64,000 nt of DNA, from positions 40,065-104,064 of the forward strand of contig JBCCQQ010000014.1 of NCBI GenBank assembly GCA_039024555.1, in the 5' to 3' direction. The stretch comes from Cyanobacteria bacterium P01_D01_bin.156 (GTDB taxonomy: Bacteria > Cyanobacteriota > Cyanobacteriia > Phormidesmidales > Phormidesmidaceae). The notes under the pieces were generated by a model that searched no databases, was not told where the DNA came from, and saw only the letters and a program-made list of their open reading frames with translations. A program made the translations under genes and the position numbers. Shown here piece by piece: positions 19,621 to 28,567 of the stretch (position 1 is its first letter; every line of letters begins with the position of its first letter).

Positions 19621-19664
19621 CAGGTATTAAATTTGTATTTTCGAAAATACAAATTTAATACCTG
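19621..19664. repeat. Perfect 44-bp palindrome with adjacent 10-bp direct duplication
   Basis: CAGGTATTAAATTTGTATTTTCGAAAATACAAATTTAATACCTG equals its own reverse complement. TTAATACCTG is repeated at 19655-19664 and 19665-19674. Confidence 0.95.
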
Positions 19665-20014
19665 TTAATACCTGCCTCTTTTAACTGACGGCTTATAAAG
19701 ATTTAGCCCAATAGTCATCTGTCCGCCGTAGCAAGCGAAACACAAAGATAATATCGGAGTATCGAAACTCAATTCTTAAAATACTATGGAAGACGCCTGA
19801 ATATGGCAGTAACCATTACACATTACCGTGTCTTAGGGATTACCCATAGGTAAACGAACATTCTTTGAAACTTGCTATTTCAAGGCATTAAGTCTGTAGC
19901 GGTCCGGATCAAGGCGTTTCCTTTCCTTAAAAGATTTTGAAGGTTATAGAAATTAGTTTCATGCTGGGTTGTTCTAACTAGCCAATAGACAATAACACCA
20001 AAAATAGTAATCGC

Positions 20015-20050
20015 AAAAGTCCTGGCGTTAGTAACATCCCAACGCCAGGA
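20015..20050 (-). terminator. Intrinsic terminator after pirin
   Basis: Stem TCCTGGCGTT/AACGCCAGGA followed by CTTTT on the minus strand. Confidence 0.65.
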
Positions 20051-20171
20051 AGTAATCAAGAGAGCTGATGGCAAATCTTCTTACGGGCCAGAGACGTGCC
20101 TAAGCAACTGTCGAATAGGTCAAAAGACCGTATGCCAAGGCCATGAAAGTCACCAAAGGTCATACCATCTC

Positions 20172-20876
20172 CTATGCTGTCATATCAAACAACAGAATCT
20201 CAGCATCCTCTGTTTGTCCTGTAATATCCAGATTAGGCACCGCTGCAACAGCAACACCATCACCAGCAACGAGCTGATGCTGATCAATCTGAACGTTACC
20301 CCGTACTACCTGTATCCAGATAGCGCGACCATCCGGCACAGCATAGCTAAGCTCCTCATTGGCTGCGAGTCTTGCTGAGTACAGGTTTACATCTTGGTGG
20401 ATCGTAATCGAACCATCACGACCATCCTGAGACCCCACTAGACGCAACTTCCCCTGCTTTTCCTCAGGGCTAAAGTAAATTTGCTCATACCCAGGCTCAA
20501 TACCCTGCTTTTCAGGCAGCACCCAAATTTGGAGAAAGTGGACTGGCTGATCTTTAGAGGCATTGTATTCACTGTGGCTAATGCCGGTCCCTGCGGACAT
20601 GCGCTGTACATCACCTGGCTTAATGATGGAGCCATTACCAATGCTATCTTTATGCTCTAAAGCGCCATCAATCACATAGGAGATAATCTCCATATCTCGA
20701 TGGCTGTGGGTAGAAAACCCTTGACCTGGAGCAACCCTATCTTCATTAATCACCCGTAAATTTCCAAACCCCATGTAGCTTGGGTCGTAGTAATTACCAA
20801 AAGAGAAGGTGTGATGACTGTCGAGCCAACCAAAATTGGCATGACCTCTTTCGGATGCGGAGCGAATGCTGATCAT
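20172..20876 (-). CDS. Pirin family protein (YhhW-like)
   Basis: Motifs 'GWLDSHHTFSF..YYDP', 'LRVINEDRV', 'THSHRDMEI', 'MSAGTGI.HSE' and 'FLQIW'. Confidence 0.95.
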   Translation of the reverse strand: MISIRSASERGHANFGWLDSHHTFSFGNYYDPSYMGFGNLRVINEDRVAPGQGFSTHSHRDMEIISYVIDGALEHKDSIGNGSIIKPGDVQRMSAGTGISHSEYNASKDQPVHFLQIWVLPEKQGIEPGYEQIYFSPEEKQGKLRLVGSQDGRDGSITIHQDVNLYSARLAANEELSYAVPDGRAIWIQVVRGNVQIDQHQLVAGDGVAVAAVPNLDITGQTEDAEILLFDMTA

Positions 20877-20961
20877 AATTTTGGCCTCCCGTAGGTTTAC
20901 GAGTAAATTTCGGACTTGGCTCTATTATGGATTGCATCTGAAAAATATACAATAATCAATT

Positions 20962-20982
20962 TAATAGACATAATGTCTATTA
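20962..20982. promoter_or_regulatory. Candidate LysR binding dyad
   Basis: TAATAGACA-TAA-TGTCTATTA inverted repeat between the divergent pirin and LysR genes. Confidence 0.55.
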
Positions 20983-21191
20983 TTAGAGGACAATAAAACA
21001 GTTAAACGTCGTTGCCGCACGATGTGGTCAGCCAATTATTCTGCAGCCCCGATATTTCAAAGGTTGTGGCGTATGGCCTATTACAGGCAGCGTCGGTGCC
21101 CCAATGCCTACGGCTCAACCATATTTGTGGATTGAAGCATCCTTTTAGGTATCAACAGCGTCAATTATTGTGATTCATTCGCATTCAAAGC

Positions 21192-22142
21192 ATGGACAAG
21201 TTTGCTGCTATTCACGCTTTTGTAAGGGTGGTAGAGGCCAGAGGATTCGCAGCCGCTGCCAGGGAAATGGGTATGTCCCGTTCAGCCGTCAATAAGCTAG
21301 TCATTAGCCTCGAAAAGGATCTCGGGGTAAAACTTTTGCAGCGTAGCACCCGGAAGGTGACCCCAACGGCGACAGGCAGTGCTTTCTATGATCGGTGTTT
21401 GAGGATTGTGGCAGATCTAAAGGAAGCTGAACTCGCCGTTTCCCAAGCCCAGAGAGAACCGGTAGGCCCTCTACGCATTAATGCACCGATGACCTTTGGC
21501 ACCATGCACCTAGGTCCAGCCTTGGCTGACTTTATGGTGCGATATCCAGGGGTGCAAATTCAGCTCACCCTAGACGATCGATTTATTGATCCCATCGCCG
21601 AGGGATTTGATCTGGTTTTACGCATTGCCCAACCCTCCACATTGCCTAACGTTGTGGTTCATGAGTTGGCCATGGTCCGCTGTTTGCTCTGTGCGTCTCC
21701 CACCTATTTATGGCATCGTGGCGTTCCACACTCAGTGCATGATTTAAAGGAACATAGTTGTTTAGCCTATGGAGAACTTGCCAATCATCATGAATGGACA
21801 CTGACTAGCACTGAGAAAGAACAAAAGGTTTCTGTAGCGGGTGCCATGTGTTCTAACAACGGGGAAGTCTTACGAGATGCAGCCCTTGGCGGTTTAGGCA
21901 TTGTGTTGTTGCCTGAATTTATTGTGAGAGAAAGTCTTAAAGAATGGCACCTGCAAGAAATTTTACTAGAGTCTCACCCACCCTCCTTATCCCTATGTAT
22001 TATCTATCCCACAAATCGTCACTTATCCAATAAAGTACAGTTGCTAACAACGTTCTTGCAACAGCGGTTTGACACGCTATTTGAAGCAGATAGCTACCCT
22101 TTGGGTAAACGCGCACAAACAAACTCTTCCATTTCTTCATAG
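21192..22142 (+). CDS. LysR-type regulator (CrgA-like)
   Basis: HTH 'FVRVVEARGFAAAAREMGMSRSAV', plus 'LLQRSTRKVTPT' and 'G.LRINAP..FG'. Confidence 0.95.
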   Translation: MDKFAAIHAFVRVVEARGFAAAAREMGMSRSAVNKLVISLEKDLGVKLLQRSTRKVTPTATGSAFYDRCLRIVADLKEAELAVSQAQREPVGPLRINAPMTFGTMHLGPALADFMVRYPGVQIQLTLDDRFIDPIAEGFDLVLRIAQPSTLPNVVVHELAMVRCLLCASPTYLWHRGVPHSVHDLKEHSCLAYGELANHHEWTLTSTEKEQKVSVAGAMCSNNGEVLRDAALGGLGIVLLPEFIVRESLKEWHLQEILLESHPPSLSLCIIYPTNRHLSNKVQLLTTFLQQRFDTLFEADSYPLGKRAQTNSSISS

Positions 22143-22528
22143 AGAAACTGGAGCTTGAGTCCCGATACCGGATCAAAAGCTTGACCGCTGAGGTCCATGA
22201 GCTCCCCAACTCGATTAGCGATGAGTTCGCTAGAGCCACGCAGCGTGTCTGGGGCAATGCCACCACGACGTCCGGCTTCTAAAAAGGTAGCTTCCAAGTC
22301 TTCTCGTAAATAGGCTGGGTTAATGATGCCATTGGGAAAACTGACTGCCAAATAAGCCCTGCATTCTAGCTCCATACGATCCACACCGTTGCCCAGCATG
22401 ATGGAGTAACCCTCATTATTGACAGTATCTGCCACCTCTGGAGTGTTCTCTATAGGAATAACCTGGGCGAACGCGGGGGCAGCAACGACAGCACAGACGC
22501 CGAGAATAGAAAACAAGAACGGTTTCAT
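22094..22528 (-). CDS. Secreted hypothetical protein
   Basis: Signal peptide ending AFA; 144 aa; 3' end overlaps the LysR 3' end. Confidence 0.6.
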   Translation of the reverse strand: MKPFLFSILGVCAVVAAPAFAQVIPIENTPEVADTVNNEGYSIMLGNGVDRMELECRAYLAVSFPNGIINPAYLREDLEATFLEAGRRGGIAPDTLRGSSELIANRVGELMDLSGQAFDPVSGLKLQFLYEEMEEFVCARLPKG

Positions 22529-22582
22529 GGGAAACGAAGGTATATCTACTGAGATTGCAGTCTAACCCGATACTATATCTTT

Positions 22583-22668
22583 GGCGTTGCTGATCTCGGC
22601 ATAATTTTAATTTTCACAGTCTGTATCTTAAACAGGCTTGCAGTTTCATCCGTTAAATCAGCAACGGT
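22583..22668. repeat. ~90-bp MITE-like dispersed repeat, copy 1
   Basis: Ends GGCGTTGCTGAT...ATCAGCAACGGT. An additional inverted copy of the left end lies at 22691-22706. Confidence 0.65.
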
Positions 22669-22781
22669 GATTTTGCAGCTCATTGCTATCGCCGAGATCA
22701 GCAACGTACTTATCCTTACACTCGGCTCACCATAGGTCCGGGTATCGTTCCCTAACGTGTTTTAACCAGCCCTTTTCATTC

Positions 22782-23510
22782 ATGCAATTTACGCCCCCTC
22801 AAAGTCCAGAAACACCGATTCATCCAATTTTTGATCGTCCCTGGTATCGTCGTTTTGAAGCCTGGCTAGGAAACTCTTCCCCCCTGGGGAATGCCCCTAT
22901 TTTTCCAGCAGATACCTTCCCTTGGGCCAGCCAGCTTGAAAAAAACTGGACCGTGATTCGCCAAGAACTGGACCAGGTGCTAGCTGATGTCAATGGTCTG
23001 CCCAGCTTTCAGGACATTATGCCCCGGCAAAATCGCATTAGCCCGGACAATAAGTGGAAAACCTATTACTTTTGCGCCTTCGGATTTGTTGCTACTAAAA
23101 ATTGTGAGCAATGTCCCGGAACATGGGCACTCCTCAAGGATATTCCCGGCTTAAAGGTGGCGTTTTTCTCAATTCTGGCACCGGGGAAACATATTCCAGA
23201 ACATCGGGGTAAGCACAAGGGGCTGGTGCGCTACCATCTGGGGCTACGGGTGCCCGAGCCCAAGGAAAAATGCCGGATTCGTGTAGATGACACGATTACC
23301 TATTGGGAAGAGGGTAAAAGCTTGATTTTTGACGATACCTATTACCACGAAGTCTGGAATGACACCGACGGCTATCGGGTAGTGCTGTTTCTAGATATCG
23401 AGCGTCCCTTTGATTTTCCTCTCTCGTGGGTAAATGGGGCTATTTCAAAACTTTTGGCGCTATCTCCCCAGGTAAAACAAGCTAAGGAAAACTACGAGAA
23501 ATTTAGCTAA
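22782..23510 (+). CDS. Aspartyl/asparaginyl beta-hydroxylase family 2OG-Fe(II) oxygenase
   Basis: 'FFSILAPGKHIPEHRG', 'RYHLGL.VP', 'WEEGKSLIFDDTYYHEVWN', 'RVVLFLDI.RP'. Confidence 0.92.
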   Translation: MQFTPPQSPETPIHPIFDRPWYRRFEAWLGNSSPLGNAPIFPADTFPWASQLEKNWTVIRQELDQVLADVNGLPSFQDIMPRQNRISPDNKWKTYYFCAFGFVATKNCEQCPGTWALLKDIPGLKVAFFSILAPGKHIPEHRGKHKGLVRYHLGLRVPEPKEKCRIRVDDTITYWEEGKSLIFDDTYYHEVWNDTDGYRVVLFLDIERPFDFPLSWVNGAISKLLALSPQVKQAKENYEKFS

Positions 23511-23532
23511 AGGGTGCTATCTTGCAAGCTGC

Positions 23533-24033
23533 CTACCACCAGCGAACAGCGAGCATGGATGCCTCAGGAATGTCATCTTCCGCAGGCCATTCCATGGGCT
23601 TGTAGGTACCGAAAATATGGTCCCACCAGTCCACGCCCAGGCCAAAATTATGGTTCCACATGCCGTACTTATGGTGCACATAGTGGACTGGCATTTTCAT
23701 CCAGAAGCATTTACGGGGGTTCTCATGCTGAAGCTGGTGGGCATAGGCAGAAAATGCGGCATAAACAAATGCGCCACTGGCCCAGCCCAATCCCACTACC
23801 AGGGAAAAGATAAAGGGAACAGCCATTGCGATCGCACTGCCTAACACATAATCACGAAACTCCCACAGCACGCCTTGACCTTCGTTGCGGCGATGGTGGT
23901 CGCGGTGACGCTTACCAACTTTGGGAGACACATGCATCAGCCGATGCAGCCAGTACTCCACAAAACTGGCAAACACAAAGGCTGCAATCAAACTAACGGC
24001 AAACACAACGGTCTGGGGCATGGGGAAATCCAT
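23533..24033 (-). CDS. Fatty acid hydroxylase / sterol desaturase family
   Basis: His boxes HRLMH, HRDHH, HQLQH and HYVHH; 'NFG....WWDHIFGT'. Confidence 0.9.
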   Translation of the reverse strand: MDFPMPQTVVFAVSLIAAFVFASFVEYWLHRLMHVSPKVGKRHRDHHRRNEGQGVLWEFRDYVLGSAIAMAVPFIFSLVVGLGWASGAFVYAAFSAYAHQLQHENPRKCFWMKMPVHYVHHKYGMWNHNFGLGVDWWDHIFGTYKPMEWPAEDDIPEASMLAVRWW

Positions 24034-24139
24034 AGAAATACGCCAGCAGGGAAAAATATATGGGCAAACCACAACGCCACTGCTCATCCTATTATTGTGA
24101 AATCTTTTTAAGTTTACAAGCCGGATTGTTAAGTAACCT

Positions 24140-25816
24140 ATGGCTCAGCCAGTCTTATCTGTGTTTGCGATGGCGGCCCAATGGCAGCAGCGCGCATTTA
24201 CCAGCCAGCTCCCCAAAGCCGAAACGATCCAGGCGACGTTTCTAAAAAACCTAATCCAGGAGCACCGCGATACGGCTCTAGGCCAGGCCCTAAAACTGGA
24301 GCAGATCAGCAGCATTGGTGAATTTCGTCAGCGGTTACCCCGGTGGACCTATGACGATTACGCTCCTTACTTTGAGCGAACGGCTATGGGGGAAAAAAAC
24401 GTGGTCTCACCACTGCCGGTACACACCTTTAATATGAGCAGCGGCTCCACCGGTAGCCGTAAGCTCATTCCCATTACTAAGCGGGTTCAGCAAACCCGTG
24501 CCTATGCTAATCAGGTGGCTATGGGGTATGCCTTTGAACAGGCTAAAAAACAAGGCCATAGGGTCGGTCAATTGCTGTTGACGACTCTCATTAAACCTTT
24601 GGGCAAAACCGATGGAGGCATTACCTATGGCCATGTCAGCGGCAACCAGCTACGCACCACATCGCCGTTGGTTTATAACCGGCTATTTGTCCAACCCTAT
24701 GAGGCACTGCTGATTAACGATACCGCTGCCCGCAACTATGCGTGTTTATTATTTAGCCTGAGGCAGCCACAGCTGGCCTATATGGCAGCCAACTTTCCAC
24801 TGATTATGCTGCAGCTGTGTGCTTACCTAGAGCGGTTTGGCCCAGCCCTGGTCGAAGACGTAGCCCAGGGCACCCTATCTACCAAGATGCCCATTGAGCC
24901 TGATTTACGACGTAAGTTAGAGCAAACCCTATCGCCTCAACCTCAGCGCGCCCAAGCATTACAAACCCTACTCAGTACCTACGGTCGGTTACTGCCACGC
25001 CATGTGTGGCCCGATCTTGCCTTTTTAATTACGGCCCGAGGCGGTCCGTCAGACTTTTACCTTGAGCGCTTTGGTGAATACTTTGGTGATGTTCCTACCT
25101 TTGGAGGAACCTATTCGTCTTCGGAAGCGGTGTTTGGTAGCTGCTACCAGCTAAATGGTGATGGAGCCATTTTGGCATTAAAAACAAACTTTTTTGAGTT
25201 TGTTGCCCCAGACCAGTGGGATAAGGATACACCGCAAACATTGCTGCCCCACGAGCTACAAGTTGGCGAATATTACCGGGTATTGATAACTAACTATTCT
25301 GGATTCTACCGTTACGACATTGGCGATGTGCTTCAGGTGGTGGATATGCGCCAAGGGGTGCCAGTGATTGTGTTTCGCTATCGGCAGGGGGGCACACTGT
25401 CAGCCATTTCAGAAAAGACGACAGAGTACCATGTGTCGCAGGTAATGGCTGCGTTGCAGAATAAATTACCGGTGGAAGACTTTTGTGTCACCCTGTCGGA
25501 GGCCTTGGTGGAACCTTATTATGTGTTGAATGTAGAACTCACTGGAGAGACAGTTGAGACGGAGCTACAACACTTGTTGCACGCATTTGACCAGGGGATG
25601 CAACAGGCCAATGAGTCCTATGGACTTAAACGTAAAAAGAATGACATTACGGTTCCTCAGCTCAATGTGCTAGCAGCGGGTAGCTTTAAGCAACTGCGGC
25701 AGCAGCGATTAAAGCCTGGAATTTCTGACGATGCCCAGGTGAAGTTGAGCCACATTAGTAGCGATCGCGCCCTGCTAAACGGCATCAATATCATTCATCG
25801 ACTGCGCATCATGTAA
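24140..25816 (+). CDS. GH3 family acyl-acid amido synthetase
   Basis: GH3/ANL motifs 'SSGSTGSRKLIP', 'YSSSE' and 'GFYRYDIGDV'. Confidence 0.9.
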   Translation: MAQPVLSVFAMAAQWQQRAFTSQLPKAETIQATFLKNLIQEHRDTALGQALKLEQISSIGEFRQRLPRWTYDDYAPYFERTAMGEKNVVSPLPVHTFNMSSGSTGSRKLIPITKRVQQTRAYANQVAMGYAFEQAKKQGHRVGQLLLTTLIKPLGKTDGGITYGHVSGNQLRTTSPLVYNRLFVQPYEALLINDTAARNYACLLFSLRQPQLAYMAANFPLIMLQLCAYLERFGPALVEDVAQGTLSTKMPIEPDLRRKLEQTLSPQPQRAQALQTLLSTYGRLLPRHVWPDLAFLITARGGPSDFYLERFGEYFGDVPTFGGTYSSSEAVFGSCYQLNGDGAILALKTNFFEFVAPDQWDKDTPQTLLPHELQVGEYYRVLITNYSGFYRYDIGDVLQVVDMRQGVPVIVFRYRQGGTLSAISEKTTEYHVSQVMAALQNKLPVEDFCVTLSEALVEPYYVLNVELTGETVETELQHLLHAFDQGMQQANESYGLKRKKNDITVPQLNVLAAGSFKQLRQQRLKPGISDDAQVKLSHISSDRALLNGINIIHRLRIM

Positions 25817-28306
25817 TGACTTCAGACACATCGCTACAGATTGAAGAGAGGGTTGAACAGTGTTCGGAGCAATTAACTCTAACCGCCCATTGGTGCCACT
25901 GATTTGCCAATCTATGGCTTCTACCGGGAGACTATTAGCAGCTGAAGACTGGTTCTCTAGGCTGACGGCGATATCGTCAGCCGTGTAGGGCTCACGGGTA
26001 TCACTCCAAACATTGTCAGCAGTGAGAGATTCGGTGGGTATCTGAGGAGATCCTCCCCGACCCGTCATCACAAAATTTTGGGCACCGACTCCACATCCTT
26101 GAGTAATTTGACGGCTTCTATCTTCCAAGTTGTCAGGTAACTCTACTAAACTAGCCGCAATCTCCTCACCGAGATTGGTAATCACCACTGAACCATCGAT
26201 ACCAAATTCAGAGCTCGCCGTAATGTCACTCTCTGGAGTCAGTTGATTGCGGAAAGCTAACCCTACAATTCCCTGGGTTTGAATATTGATATTTCCTCCG
26301 TTTCCAGTGACCGCGTTGGCAACAATATCACTGTTACCAACACCTAAAATAACCGGAGCCGTGATATAGATATTTCCTCCATTGCCGTTGCTCAAAGAGC
26401 GCACATCAATTTGACCACGCTCCTGCAGGCTCAATAGGGTGTCAACATTGAGGTAAACATTCCCACCATCCCCAGCAAAGGTCAGAGCAGATATATTTCC
26501 CTGCTGCTCAAGCTTAAGAATATCAGCATTTACCGTTAAATCTCCCGTATCACCAAGACCATTGTCAATCACTCCGACACTTAATGCGCCTCGATCGCTA
26601 ACGACAATGTTTGATGCATTGATAGTGACATTGCCAGCATCTCCTTCAACAATCTCTGGTAGCCCGACTAGTATGCCCAGAGCCGTATTGGCAAGAGAAA
26701 CCGCCGAAGACCCCACCAGTGTAGGATTTCTATCGACACCTTCCCCTGGGGTTCCACGGACCTCAAGGAGTTCAGAGATATTTAGTAGAATGTCCCCACC
26801 ATTGCCTACGTCATGGGTAGACGCTAGCACACCTGCCCCTTCTTGAATGCTGAGCCTAGGGGTTGTAACAGTGACAGAACCCGCATTGCCTGCCCCAAAG
26901 GTAACTGTATCAATGGAACTCTTAGAAAAAGCGCTCTCACCGATCAATGTAATGGATTCGGTCGCTGTTACTGAGAGATCTCCCCCTTGCCCTGCCCCTG
27001 CCGTAAGCGATGAAATACTAGCTGAATCAGTAATTAAGATGGTTTCGGCATCCACGGTGACTGTAGCGGCATCGCCTGAACTAAAAACCCAACTTCCAAC
27101 CGTACTCGGCTGACTTGGATCGATAACAGCTGCCCCAGTCAAGAAAATTTCTCCTTGACTAGCCACTTGCACATCTCCGGCTGGGGCCGGTCCATAGCTA
27201 TTGGAACCGACAAAGCTTCCCTTGGTCACAACAATATCTTGAGCATTGATAACCACATCTCCCCCTTCACCAAGACCAAAATTCTGGGTAATAATCTGGC
27301 TAGGAAGTGCACCCAAACCACCGTCTACAGTTAAGTCATTATCAGCCGATAAGCGCAGAACTCCACCTGGCAGAGATCCATAATTTTGTTCCACAATAAC
27401 CGAGCTCTCTTCAACGTAGATATTATCTCCTTGAAGGGTAATATCACCCGATCCAAAACCACTAACATTCAGCAGTGCTGAAGATTCTAGGGAAATATCT
27501 CCCAATACTGATGTAGATGACGTGGCCACATAAGAGCCTGAACTATCGGGCTGTGTAGAAAACTGCCCTGACGCTAACGCCGCAAGATTAAGATGGCCAG
27601 AGCTCGCAAATAAACGCCCACCGTCCACCGTCACATTTCCCCCTACGAGGGTGATTTCCTGACCGGGTTGTACCGCTAAACCGAGAGGCGTTGTTGATAA
27701 ATCGAGAGGAGAAAAACTATTGAGGGTAATATTGTGCCCGCTGTTGTTTACTTGAATGTCGCCAGGATTATTCCCCATATTCAGGCCAATCGGGGTGCTA
27801 ACCGTCAACATGGGAGCTACCGCTGGTGCGATCGCACTAAACTCTACATTATCAGCAAATACAACCGAATCTGCCGTGCTAGCCAGAAACGACCCTGGCA
27901 ATGCCAAACTGGCATTAGGGCCAAGCGTAATGCCATTGGGGTTGATCAGATACAAGTCAGGATTATTCCCTCCAAACAGTCCTAACTGACTGTTAATCAA
28001 GGATACATTGCTGCCAGTCACACGGCCAATAACGGTATCTACGCCACTTTGAGCACCATCGAGTAGAAATAAAACATCCGTCCCCTCAGGGGAAAAGTCA
28101 GAAAAACTATGAAAAAGTGTTGTTAGCTGCTGGGTACCACCTGTAATCAACAATCCACCACTGCCGTCAGGAATAACCGCTGTCCCCACTGTGCCATCCG
28201 GGTTAACAGTCGTCTGAGCCTGAACAGGCATACTCAGCACGTAGCAAAGGCTCAGGAGTACTGAGCTTTGTTGTACAACAGTGGTAAACAGTGTTTTCTT
28301 TAACAC
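25775..28306 (-). CDS. TpsA-type filamentous haemagglutinin-like exoprotein
   Basis: TPS domain 'LFHSFSDFS...GRVTG...LYLINPNGI.LGPNASL', beta-helix G-N/D-I repeats, cyanobacterial-type C-terminus 'SDITASS...GRGG.P..P'. Confidence 0.92.
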   Translation of the reverse strand: MLKKTLFTTVVQQSSVLLSLCYVLSMPVQAQTTVNPDGTVGTAVIPDGSGGLLITGGTQQLTTLFHSFSDFSPEGTDVLFLLDGAQSGVDTVIGRVTGSNVSLINSQLGLFGGNNPDLYLINPNGITLGPNASLALPGSFLASTADSVVFADNVEFSAIAPAVAPMLTVSTPIGLNMGNNPGDIQVNNSGHNITLNSFSPLDLSTTPLGLAVQPGQEITLVGGNVTVDGGRLFASSGHLNLAALASGQFSTQPDSSGSYVATSSTSVLGDISLESSALLNVSGFGSGDITLQGDNIYVEESSVIVEQNYGSLPGGVLRLSADNDLTVDGGLGALPSQIITQNFGLGEGGDVVINAQDIVVTKGSFVGSNSYGPAPAGDVQVASQGEIFLTGAAVIDPSQPSTVGSWVFSSGDAATVTVDAETILITDSASISSLTAGAGQGGDLSVTATESITLIGESAFSKSSIDTVTFGAGNAGSVTVTTPRLSIQEGAGVLASTHDVGNGGDILLNISELLEVRGTPGEGVDRNPTLVGSSAVSLANTALGILVGLPEIVEGDAGNVTINASNIVVSDRGALSVGVIDNGLGDTGDLTVNADILKLEQQGNISALTFAGDGGNVYLNVDTLLSLQERGQIDVRSLSNGNGGNIYITAPVILGVGNSDIVANAVTGNGGNINIQTQGIVGLAFRNQLTPESDITASSEFGIDGSVVITNLGEEIAASLVELPDNLEDRSRQITQGCGVGAQNFVMTGRGGSPQIPTESLTADNVWSDTREPYTADDIAVSLENQSSAANSLPVEAIDWQISGTNGRLELIAPNTVQPSLQSVAMCLKSLHDAQSMNDIDAV

Positions 28307-28567
28307 AGTGGATATTGCTTTATCTAGGATCTCTGTTCACTAGATTGCCCTAGAAGATAAGAGATTTATGTCCGTAACTTTTCTGAAAGCCTTTGAGTAA
28401 AGCTCAGTTTACTGTAAGCCCAACAGACAGATTCTAAAATATAGCTACAGTTATACCCTCTCAGGGCAGTCGTTTCCACCACAAAACAGACGACAGAAAC
28501 GCCTACATAAGGCGAAGCCAGATCGTGCTAATCCAAAATGCCTTTGCTACAAAGTTAGTGAGAATGT

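Noticed and set aside
19880..20074. 64-aa ORF downstream of pirin
   Set aside because: TTG start, runs through the terminator hairpin, no recognisable features.
25775..28306. CDI/polymorphic toxin system
   Set aside because: The TpsA is short, with no VENN motif or toxin tip and no downstream immunity gene; it has a typical cyanobacterial TpsA C-terminus.
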